Below are positions 1 to 10,700 of a stretch of DNA of 64,000 bases, one piece after another. A program made the position numbers and the translations under genes. Numbering within the stretch: the first letter of the stretch is position 1; each line of letters opens with the position of its first letter. The notes beneath the pieces are model-generated. The model did no database searches. It saw only the letters and a program-made list of their open reading frames with translations, and was not told the DNA's origin. Source of the stretch: Euglena gracilis (taxonomy: Eukaryota); contig CP154954.1 of the NCBI GenBank assembly GCA_039621445.1, forward strand, positions 25,680,954 through 25,744,953, read 5' to 3'.

Positions 1-677
1 TGTCTGCTTTCCCGGGGGTGAATGCCAAGCCAGATTTGTTGTGTGCACAGAGGATATGGCACTGTCTCACAGAGACAACGTCATACCCAGAAGCATATTG
101 GTCCAGAAAGTCCAGAGGGTCATTTATTTGGGGGGGGGATGAAAATCAAAAAAAATTGAATAAGAACAATAAGAACATCCCCCCTGGGGAACTCAGAACA
201 CATCAACAGGTGCTGAGGAAAAGTCCAAACCTTGTAGAAAGGCAGAAAGCAATGCTTTTGGGGGGTACAGAAGGTTTCAGACACACATTACAGAAGGTTT
301 CTCATATCAACTGTTAAGCCAATTATATCAATCATATCAATTGTATCATCTTTTTCAGATACCTTTCCCTTGGAGGCTGGGGAAAATGTCTGCGATTTGA
401 TTCCTTGGGAAAAGTGCACCTTAGTTGAGAATGAGAAAATCCTGATGTGGGATGATCTTTGATCTTTTCTGCACCTTCTCTGCCCCCCCCCACCTGCCAG
501 CAGGTTTGTAACGACCCTAGGGGATACTATTCATTTTTCCCTCTAGCACAAAGCGACGTAATTTTTTGGAATTTTTGCGCATCTTTTTTTTGTCCAAAAG
601 TTCCCGAAACACATTCCAGGGGACAAACATATTTGCAGCATCGTTTCAAACGACGAATTTGGCCATTTGAAAGCCAC

Positions 678-969
<292 letters not shown>

Positions 970-1051
970 ACATACAATAACAAACAAAAAAACGTCTGTA
1001 TGGGTCAGCAGGCAGCTTGTAGCGGAATCTGAGGTGAGCGACCCCTCGCAC

Positions 1052-1160
1052 CGCACGGAGGTGCAGTTCACGTCGCCTGCCCAGGGGATCTCCGGCAGGA
1101 TGCGGAGGTGCCGGGGCGTGCCGTAGTACTTCGCGTTGGGGTAGCTGGCGAAAAACGGGC
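1052..1160 (-). CDS. MBL-like gene exon 4 (RPFFASYPNAKYYGTPRHL...TSV)
   Basis: Ends at a conventional donor CG|GTGCGA. Confidence 0.78.
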
Positions 1161-3012
1161 AAGGCGGCCGAGGCACCGCCACAGAGGCATCACCCTGTGG
1201 AGCTGTAGTCCCAACACATTCATTCCCATCCAAGAGACGAACCATATGAAAGGAGTGGAATGGAGTGGGGGAGTGGGGGATTAAACCCGCAATTGGAGAC
1301 CCCCTGGGGGGGTGGGCATCTATTTGGGTCCCCTGACCAAAAAAAGAAGCACCTGGATTATGGCTGTTCCAGGGTTCGAAAGGGTCAAAAATATAAAAAA
1401 AATGCTTTGGGTTGATGGGCGATGATCTTCAAACGCTGGTGATTTTTTTTCAGGGTTTGGGCCATTTTTGCTGAGAAATCTCCGACTTATCACAAATTAT
1501 TCGGGCGAAATTTCGAGGAACTGCGCGAAGGGCTTGAATTTTTGTTGCTGTTGGGGGAGAGGGCTGTTACTTGATTTTGTAGAAAAAGACTGGGGAGGTA
1601 TTTAGGAGGGATTCCAAATGAACGGACATTTCCCAGGTCCTGGGCACATCCAGCGTGGGCACCCACTGCCTGTGCAAAGAGAGAGGCGGGCAACGCAGCA
1701 ACTCCAGAGCCTCCGCCGGCGGAAGGCGAGGGTGTGGAAGGGGTGGGTGGCGATCACCGCCTCGATCTTCCGGCCGTTCCGGGCAGGGGCCCCGCCCGGG
1801 AAGAGGGAAGCCGGCCGCGGTGGGGAACGCGTGGCAGGCAGAACGAAAGATGCGGAGACCGGGAGTGGCGTGGGGCCAAACCAAACCCGACGGGGTGGGG
1901 ACATTGCAGTGAATCAACAGCAGCAGGCCATCCACGGCATCGGACCCCAACCGGTCTGTGGCACCGAACGCTGGCCGATGTGAGACCCGCGTGGTGGGAC
2001 CCAAGGGGAGGGGCTCTGGGCGTCAGTGAGGCGATCGAACTCCGCCTTCGCGCCGGGCTCCAGCTTGACGGTGTCGATCACCAGAAAGTTCCCGTTGGGG
2101 AGGCTGGCCCCAGCCAGGCGGTGTCCTCCCTCCGTCGCCAGCCCCGGGGGAGGGGGTCAGGGTTCGACATAAGTCCCAACACCCCCCCCCCTTCTGGTCA
2201 AGGGGGTGGGGAGGAAAACCTCCTCCCAGGTTGGCAGGGGGTTCGAGGTTCGAAACGGCATAATTGGCGGTTCTTTGGGGGCATTTTTGCCATTTCAATT
2301 TTTTGGGGGGTATCTGGTTTGACCCGCTGTTGGTCCCAGATCCAGGTGGCCAGCCTCCAGGGCAACTTTTCCAGCCTCTGAGCTGCCCACCCCCCTCCGG
2401 GGTTGCTAAGCGACGCCCGACGAGTTTTCGTTCTTGTCCAGGGTGGATGGTGACGGATTCGTTGGACTTTGGAGGGGCAAAACGGAGGTGCCCAAAATGG
2501 GCGAAAAAAGGTCGAAAATGGCTTCCGAGCTGCCAGGGACCCCATCCAGCTGAAAGCGACACCCTGGCAACTTTACATTGATCTCTGGGGGGGGGGGGCG
2601 TTCTGCTGTGGAAATGGAGATGAGACAGCAAATGGAACGTTACTCAAAAACAGTGACTGTGAATTTGTTTAAAGCACACACACACACACACACACACACA
2701 TACCCACTCAGGGCTGTACAGGAAGTCCTGGCAGGGGGGTCCACCTGCCCGCTCATTATTGGACCGCAAAAAGAAAACTCCTTCGGTGCAGAATTTTCAA
2801 CCTGGCCCCTCCCCCAGAAAAACGGGAAGGGGCGGCGCACCCCCACCCAACAGGAAGGGGGGGTCTTCCACCTTGTCTCTGGTGGTGGTGCCGGGCTGGT
2901 CGCAGACCGACATGTGCGTCCTGATGTCGACCAAGCCCAACGCCACTTTGAACGGTGCGCGTAGGTTGAAGAAGCCGGGGCCGATGGCCACGAAATGTTC
3001 CAGCCGCTCCAT
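1052..3012 (-). CDS. Metallo-beta-lactamase-fold-like protein (HPFH motif family), first 4 exons; gene continues beyond the window start
   Basis: Exons 3012-2902, 2105-2022, 1778-1721 and 1160-1052 join in frame to MERLEHFVAIGPGFFNLRAPFKVALGLVDIRTHMSVC-SLPNGNFLVIDTVKLEPGAKAEFDRLTD-NGRKIEAVIATHPFHTLAF-RPFFASYPNAKYYGTPRHLRILPEIPWAGDVNCTSV. From memory this resembles an uncharacterised MBL-fold family (G-F-x-N-x-R...D...H-P-F-H...Y-G-x-x-R-H). Codons are GC3-rich. Confidence 0.8.
1161..1720 (-). other. Nonconventional (euglenid-type) intron 3
   Basis: TTCC|gccGGCggaggc...gcctcgGCCgcctt|GCCCG; GGC/GCC pair at +4/-8, 9/10-bp stem; junction can slide by up to 3 nt. Confidence 0.68.
1721..1778 (-). 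CDS. MBL-like gene exon 3 (NGRKIEAVIATHPFHTLAF)
   Basis: HPFH motif; flanked by structured non-GT-AG introns. Confidence 0.78.
1779..2021 (-). other. Nonconventional (euglenid-type) intron 2
   Basis: GAC|gccCAGagcccc...ggggcccCTGcccgg|AAC; CAG/CTG at +4/-8, extended GC stem, restores frame. Confidence 0.72.
2022..2105 (-). CDS. MBL-like gene exon 2 (SLPNGNFLVIDTVKL...RLTD)
   Basis: In frame with exons 1 and 3 only when nonconventional junctions are used. Confidence 0.75.
2106..2901 (-). other. Nonconventional (euglenid-type) intron 1
   Basis: TGC|gacCAGcccggc...gcctggCTGgggcc|AGC; +4..6 CAG pairs with -8..-6 CTG, 9/10-bp terminal stem, Y|R at both junctions, restores frame. Confidence 0.75.
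2902..3012 (-). CDS. MBL-like gene exon 1 (MERLEHFVAIG...THMSVC)
   Basis: ATG at 3012, 10 nt after a pyrimidine tract plus CAG; ends at nonconventional intron 1. Confidence 0.75.
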
Positions 3013-3022
3013 GTGTCCAGGC

Positions 3023-3043
3023 CTGGACAGCCGGAGAGAAGGG
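3023..3043 (-). promoter_or_regulatory. Pyrimidine tract plus AG acceptor just upstream of the MBL-like ATG (possible spliced-leader trans-splice site)
   Basis: ccttctctccggctgtccag|GCCTGGACACATG; euglenozoans add a spliced leader at such sites (inference). Confidence 0.4.
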
Positions 3044-3853
3044 CGTGGCAAGCACAGGAGAGCGGGGGGGGGCGTTGCCATTCAGGTTTCCGTGCAAACT
3101 GCCATAGTGGGTTGGTGTCGACCCCCCCCCGGCGGGCCTTCCCGTAGTGGGGCTGCATCTCTCAGACGGAAAGTCGTTGGCAAATCAAGTACGTATCTTT
3201 TGGCGAAAGAAAGGTAATGTGCTTCATTGCCTAACACCCTTCATAATAGGGGCGTTAAATTCCACTGCAGGGGGCAAAACATCAAAAATATACCCGCGCC
3301 CCAAACGCAGCCAGTCAAAGTTAGTATCAACGTATATTTCAAATTTGTGGAACACGCTGTCTGAAACACAACCCCCTATTCAAGAGAAACGAAACCTCGC
3401 AAAACCCCCAGCTGTTAAAGATGTCTCACTAGTTTTTTTTTTGATGCTTTCAAGCAAATTTGCTGAAAACAACATTCCTAAAGAAATGGGGGGGTGCTTG
3501 GAAAACCAATGAACACAAGCATCATGTTGCCTTTCCTTTTACATCCGAAAATGCGTGCACCAATTGTGATCCGTGATGAAGTGCTTCTGAGAAACCAGAA
3601 AGGATCGCATCATACATAGTTGCACCAGACATGAACTATCAGGCCAGCAGGGCTATGGTGCTGCGAGAGGGGTGACGCCGGGATAAGGTGAGCTACGCTG
3701 CCGAGTGCCGGGGACAGCACCGTCCAAAAGACCTGTGGTTTGAGGGCCAACGCTAAGCTGGCCCCCCCGCAGTGAGGGAACGAACCGGGGCAGTGGTGGG
3801 CAGTGGCGGGCAGGGCCATGGGGTTGTGCAACAGTGGCCGGGGGGTCAACGGG

Positions 3854-3959
3854 TCACGGCCCGCGGCGGCCTTTGCCCCGCCCCCGGCCTTTGCCGCGCC
3901 CGCGGCCCCGGCCCTTCCCCCGCCCGCGGCCCCGGCCTTTGCCGAAGCGGGACCCGAAG
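3854..3959 (-). CDS. TOP3B: TOP3B terminal exon, RG-rich tail ([14 protein letters not shown]...RRGP*)
   Basis: cag acceptor at 3960; RG/RGG tail typical of TOP3B; TGA at 3856-3854. Confidence 0.85.
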
Positions 3960-6900
3960 CTGCGAGGGCGAGGGGGCGGCGGGGCAGGCCGAGAACATTC
4001 CGGCGGCGCGCCCAGTGAGGCACCCTCCGACACAGGCAAGTTGAGGCTGACCCGCCCCCGGGAGGGGGGAGGGGTGTTAAACGGTTAAAGTGCCCTGCTG
4101 AGGTGTCTGGGCCAGGCGTGGCCCACCCCCAAGCGTGGGCGGTGTCAAATCCAGCGGGTCGGCACTGCCCCACCCCCCACCTTGCTGGTCTCCAACCCCC
4201 AGGAGGGACTTCGATGTCCGTGGTGCCCATGCGACAATGCAATTTCGGGAATTTTCGGTCCGCAAATGTGATGTGTGCGATGGGAACGCACCCGGGGGGC
4301 ACACCCACCCCCCTTTGTTGTCCCTGGGCCCGGCTGACCGGAGGTTTTTTTTGGCCGCACCTTGACATTTCGCTTGGTACCCAGTCTCCATCGGGGGTCA
4401 CAGGAGACAGGTCAGCCAGACAATAAGGGGGGGAGAGTATTTTTTGGCTTCATGCCCCTTCCCCTCAGTCCCAGCCGCCGGCTGTCGGCTAGCTTGGGGC
4501 ATACAACTCCTCCGCAAAGGCGTTCAGCTCCTCGTCGCACAGGATGCAGCCGGCGTACTCCTCGGGCTTGTCCTTCAGGGGGGACTTGTCCTTCTCAAAG
4601 GTCAGGTGGAGGATGTTGCTGCCGCACCCGTCGCACACGTCGTCCGCGTACACCGTCGCCTCTGCGCCGGAACGCAGCAGGTTAACCCCATTCAGGGCGT
4701 GGTTTAGCGTCCCCCCGCAAGCAGCTTTAGTTAAGCCCAACTTTTGCCCATTTGAGGCCATTGTCAGGCTAAAATAGCCTGACAAGGCCATTTTAGGCCA
4801 TGTCAGGCTATTTTAACCTAAGGTGGGGTTCTTAAGAGCAAAATTTTGAATTTTTTTGTCCCAAAAATCATAACATGTGCGAATCTTCACTTACTCAGCA
4901 GAATTGGACATGAAAGAAAATTCACGGACACTGGATCAAGCCAACAAGGAACTCAACAGTTCTTAATTCACACTCATGGAGGAATTCTGAGTGAAAGAAT
5001 TTATTACAGGAAAAAAATTGTCGGAAAACATGATGATTGAAAAAACCCCGGTTGGGTCAAGCTTAGAGGCTGGAAAATTTGGGCTGGCTGAAAAAAGGCT
5101 GTTGGCGGGCTGGACCCCCCCTCGGAGGGATGTGGTGCCCTCGGACTTAAATGACACCCTGACCCCACCCATGACGGAGAAGCATTGCCCACTGGAGTCA
5201 TGGCCAGTTTTCCCCCCAGGACCCCCCCAGGACCCCCCAAGACCCCCCAAGACCCCCCCAGGACCCCCCCAGGACCCCCCCAGGACAGGGTCCTGGGGGG
5301 GGGGGGGGAGGACTGGCCACAATTGGCCCACTGGCAGCTGAGCCTCAAGAGAACATAAAAAAAATGTGCAACAGAGCCATGGTAGGAGGGAAGGTGCACC
5401 ATCAATGGCAAAATTATATGAGCCCGCCCCGTCGGGTCATCTTTGCATTGGCAACCGGTACCGCCAGGAGCACACTTCTGGTCCCCGCAGGGAACTTGAC
5501 GCTTCTGTTGCAGCTGTTACAATCCTGCCAGGCAAGAGCGATGTCGCTGCATGCATCCATGCATCACAGACACGGGGCAGGGTCGCAAAAAATGCACCGT
5601 CAACGCCCCCTCGAAGTTAAAAAAAAAGATCACATTTCCTCAATTGCCGCCAGAAAAGCCACAAGACGGCAACCCTGTAACGTTTGCAGTGACAAAAAAA
5701 AACACGCACACAATAAAGAAAGGTTCACATCTGACTGATCACCCACGGCGGGGCGGGTGTCACCCGGGAACAGGGATGGCGGCTTAGGGCCACCCCAATT
5801 CTCCATCCTGTGGATGGCGGTGCCGTTTTGCCGGCGGTGGCCGCAAGTCCCCACCCCTGTGACGGCTGTCGCCCCTCCCCCCACTGCCCAAGGAAATGTT
5901 TTTCCACAAATGGGGGTTCGGACCAGTGCATTTGGGTTGGAAAGGGCGGGAGGGGTTCGGCGGGGGGGCGGCTCCCCGACACTTCCTCACCCACGTCAAA
6001 CGTCAGGCAGAGGTCTGGGAAACTGCCAGCGTCGCCCCAGGAGTGGGGGTTGGACATGGAGACACCAAAACCCGATACCAGGACGCATCTGGAGACACCT
6101 TGAGAAGGTAAGAAAGGTACAAACAACAAAAATTATAAAGCTGGCAAACGTTTTGGAAATGGGGGAGAATACCATTCAAAAAAGCTGGGGGAAATGAATG
6201 TATTCCCTCACAGTCGAGACAAAGAAAGGAATATCACCACTCCAGAGCAGATGGAGGACCGGCACACCATTTTCTGCACCTTGGCCCCCACCGGGTCGAT
6301 GACCAGGAACCCGTTGCACGTCATATCCTGGCACGCACACACGCGGTTGTTCACCATCGAGTACTTGCACGTCGGGTGGGCGCAGCTGTTGCACGCCATC
6401 GCTGCGGAGGGGACAAGGTGGTGGAGCGCTGCCTGGGCTCTGTTTTTGCACGGTTTTTTTGAACTTTTACACTGCTTCCAGAGCGGAAAATTAACAACCC
6501 TCCCCACCCACATGACAACCTCAAAAATAACAAAAAAGCAACGAAATTGGCCGGCTCCGTCTCCGGACCTGGGTCTCGGTCTGGGCCTGGGGGGGGGGGT
6601 TCTGGGGGGGGGGGTACGTACCTGGGGTACAACCCCCCCCCCCAATACCTGTTGTACCTGTCCAGGTCCTGGGGGGGTACACGCAGGTACCCCCCCAGTA
6701 CGCAGGGGGGGGGTACATACCTCCCTCACACCGGCGCCGACAAGGCCTATGTCTAAATAGGTACGCACCCCCCAGTACCTGTTGTATCTATACAGGTACA
6801 CGCAGGTCCTGGGGGGGTACACGCAGGTCCTGGGGCGGGTCGGCATAGGTCCTGGGGGGGTACACGCAGGTCCTGGGGGGTACGCATAGGTCCTGGGGGG

Positions 6901-7757
6901 TACGTACCCCCCCCACACCGGCGCCGACAAGGCCTATGTCTAAATAGGTACGTACCCCCCCCAGTACCTGTTGTACCTATACAGGTACACGCAGGGATAC
7001 ACAAAGGTCCTAGAGGGTACATATAGGTCGGCAAATCCCTTGTGTTTCCAAGTCATTTTGGTGGGCAATTCCCTTGTGTTTCCAAGTCGTTTTGCGGGGC
7101 AAATCCCTTTTGTTGTCCAATTGCTCGGGGCCCCAAAATAACAAAATCCCTTGTGTTTCCAAGTCGTTTTGGGGGACAAATCCCTTTTGTTGCTCAACTG
7201 TCGGAGGGCCCCAAAATAACAAAATCCCTTGTGTTTCCAAATCGTTTTGGGGGGCAAATCCCTTTTGTTGCTCAACTATTGGAGGGCCCCAAAGTTAAAA
7301 AATCCCTTGTGTTACCAAGTCCTTTTGTTGTGTACCTGCGTGTACCTGTACAGGTACACGCAGGTCCTGGGGGTACGTACCCCCCAGTACCAGCTTGTAC
7401 CTGTACAGGTACACGCAGGTCCTGGGGGGTACGTACCAGGTACGTACCCCCCAGTACCTATCGTGTACCTGCTTGTACCTGTACAGGTACACGCAGGTCC
7501 TGGGGGGGTATGTACCTGTTTAGACATAGGCCTTGTCGGCGCCGGTGTGGGGGGGTCGGACCTGGTACGTACCCCCCCCCCGCGCGCCTTGTACCAGGTA
7601 CGTACCTCCCCCAGAACCCCCCCCACGGCCAGGCTGCTACCTTGAGGGGCGGTCTATTAACCCGTCCATCCATCCATCCATCCGTCCATCCGTCCATCCA
7701 TCCATCCATCCATCCATCCATCCATCCATCCATCCATCCATCCATCCATCCAACCAT

Positions 7758-7788
<31 letters not shown>

Positions 7789-10700
7789 CCCGTCCATCCA
7801 CCGGCATGCCCAACCCATCGACCCACCAGAAACAACTGTGTCAGGACAGACACGGGTGTCTACTGAATCTTAGGCGGCCTAACTCGCACTTAGCTTTGAA
7901 AATGACTGTAAATTTGCGCCGACGCGCAAATCAAAAAAAAAGTTCTGTTTTCGAACACCGTGGCCTGAGACTCAGGACAATCTGAAAATAGTGTCTCCCT
8001 GCACCCCAGGGCCTGGGGACGAAAGCAACGACTGGGAACTTCACAGTCTACGGGCACAGCGCTCCCGAGTCCCAGTGTGCATGAACACAAAGCGGCGGGT
8101 GATGAAACGAGGGTACTCCATTACTCATTTGCACTTTGGCACAAATTTTTTAAATTACAAAGAATAAAACCATTTGCACTTTGGCGTAATTTTTTTACTT
8201 TTTTGTGATTCAACATGTGGGTGACCATTGCCGCACTTGCACAATGATAACAACTTTTGTGTCAACATGTGTTTCCATTGCGCCAAAGTGCAAGGGGTAA
8301 GCTCATGAAGAATGGAAAATTAAGAGTTATATTGCGCCAAAGCGCAAGTAGAAATACAATTTTTAAAATTGCAAAAGCAACGTGGCTTGCGCCGAAGCGC
8401 AAATATAACTGTTTAAAACATATCTCACAACGGAGGGAGAGAACGACCCTGGTAGAATATGAGCACCAGAGGGGATAGAGCACAAAAATGCAGGACAGGG
8501 GGACGGAAGCTACTCTCAGTCACGTTGCCTTAAAATTAGTCAACGTTGCGCGTTGGCGCAAGAGCCACGCAGCTTTGCGATTTTCAAAGGTGCATTTCTA
8601 TTGCGCTTTGGCGCAATAGAACTCTTAAATTTTTATCCTTCAAAAGCCTACCCATTGCGCTGTGAAGCAACAGTTATCAATTTTAATTTCTCACTTTTAT
8701 CACTGCGGGTGGAGAGAGCAGTCCTGGAAGCATCTCATCACCAGAGCGAACAGAGCTAAGGTGGAGGGAAGCCTTGCCTGGGACAGGAAGCCAACCCCCT
8801 GGTCTGTGAAAACAACCACCAACTTCTTGATATCCAGACGTGTCTTGTCCTATGCGTTGTAAACCCAACTTCCAGTGCCGGAGGTTCCTCCCACTTGCCT
8901 CGCAATTAAGCATGCCTGAGGGGCCCTTCTTTTTGGCCGACTTTTGAAAGTCGGAAAATTTCTGTTTGGAAAAGAACAGGCAGCAGACGAACCCTGGGAA
9001 TCACAGCCAAGGAAACAGTTTTGGACGCTGAAAAGGTGTTTTAAAGAAGCTCGTCACCCCCCTTTCTTCACCCAGGGTTTGAAGCACACAACTTTGGGGA
9101 TGAGCGAATGGAATTGAGAAATCGACAGGGTCCATCAACAACGGCGGAGAAGGGAAGACATGCTGACACACCTTTTTCGGTAATTTGCAACCCACCAGAC
9201 AGCCACATCACACCGGGCAGATGGAGGGCATTATTCAGCCGAAAAAGGTCTTTCTGTCAACATCCCAAAAAAAAACCCACTTTGTGCACTGAGTGCAAGG
9301 TCAGTGAGGCTCCACAGCCTACCGTCCACGATTCGTCTTATTGGAACAGCCACTCCCTCCCCAGTGCCTGAATAGTTCAGAAGCACCAACTGAGCTTCAG
9401 TCACAGCAGCCCTCAAAGGCCCTCATCATTCTCCTCTATCGCCCAACTTCTCACACAGCACGAACACTTTCAAATGCATCTGCCACATTGCGCTTAAGCG
9501 CAAGTTAAAACAAAAGCCCCTGAGCTTATGGGAGTCCCTCTGATGTGTTACGGTGTGTCGGGGGTCCCTTTCTGCACGGCCAGTGTGCGGGCTTGGTGAG
9601 GAAATACATTGCGCCGAAGCGCGAACCATCATAAATAAAAATGAGAAGTGCAAACATGCGGCTGACATGTAATCTGAATGAACAAGCAGTGCATTATGTA
9701 AGCATGTCCCTTGCCCTTCGGCGCAATGCATTTCCTCGCCAAGCCAACACACTGGCCATTCAGGGAGGGGCCCACAACACACCATAACACGTCAGAGGAA
9801 CTCCCATAAGCTCAGGGGCTTTTGTTTTAACTTGCGCTTAAGCGCAAATTTTTTAATTTGCGCTTAAGCGCAAGTTAAAAAAAAATTGCGCTTAAGCGCA
9901 ATGTCCATAACCATTGCCTTCTGTGTCTCACCAGACGTTGGAACAGGTCCATGGGCTTGCCCTCAATCCCCCCAACCCCACCCAGGGATCACAACTCTGT
10001 GACCTGCGGTTTTTTCCAACTCTTCACAACGTGTATGTCTTAGGCGGCCGTGAAGGCACTTAAGGGTTTTCGGGCCCAAAAACCGGATCGTCCGCGGTTT
10101 TGGGACCGGCCGTGGTCAAAACCCCCACTGGGAACGACATGAGCCGAACGCAGGGCGCGATGGCGCGCACCTGCGCGCGTGAGGACACGTCCGGCGTGCG
10201 CACCTGCGCTTGAAACAGACCCCAGAATCAGGCGCAGGTGCGCACGACGGATCAGTAAGATCAGGCGCAGGTGCGCGTGATCCTACCGTGAGATTGTGGC
10301 AGGTGCCTGGGTGCTGGGGCCCCGGAACGAGTGGCGGCAGGGAGGGGGCACACTTTGTTTTGAGGGCGACGCCTGCAGAACCCACCAATCGCTGCAGGAC
10401 CGAGAGTCGGTCACCGGAGGACTCCGGAACACACATCAGACACACGGGGTCCGCAAGCCCACCGCCGCCGTGTTGGACACCCCCGAGCCAGATGGGCCCA
10501 CACCCAACACCGAACCGCGCGCACCTGCGCCCGGGGACAGGCACACTTCGGTCGCAGGTGCGCACGATTGGGGTGTGGACGAGGGACCCCGTGGTGTGGG
10601 TTGAACGGCCAGGCCAGAGGGGCGATGCATCCCGCAAGTGTCGTGCGCAGGTGCGCGCGTTGGGGACCCCCCTGGTTGTTGCCCACGGCGGCCCCTGTTT

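Noticed and set aside
2104-2907. Canonical GT(2907)...AG(2105-2104) reading of MBL-like intron 1
   Set aside because: It gives a frameshift; the nonconventional junction 6 nt and 2 nt away keeps the frame and fits the stem rule
7033-7330. CRISPR-like array (also the aaatataagaaacccc repeats at 53710-54210)
   Set aside because: Units are tandem or irregular with no unique constant-length spacers, there are no cas genes, and both lie inside TIR elements
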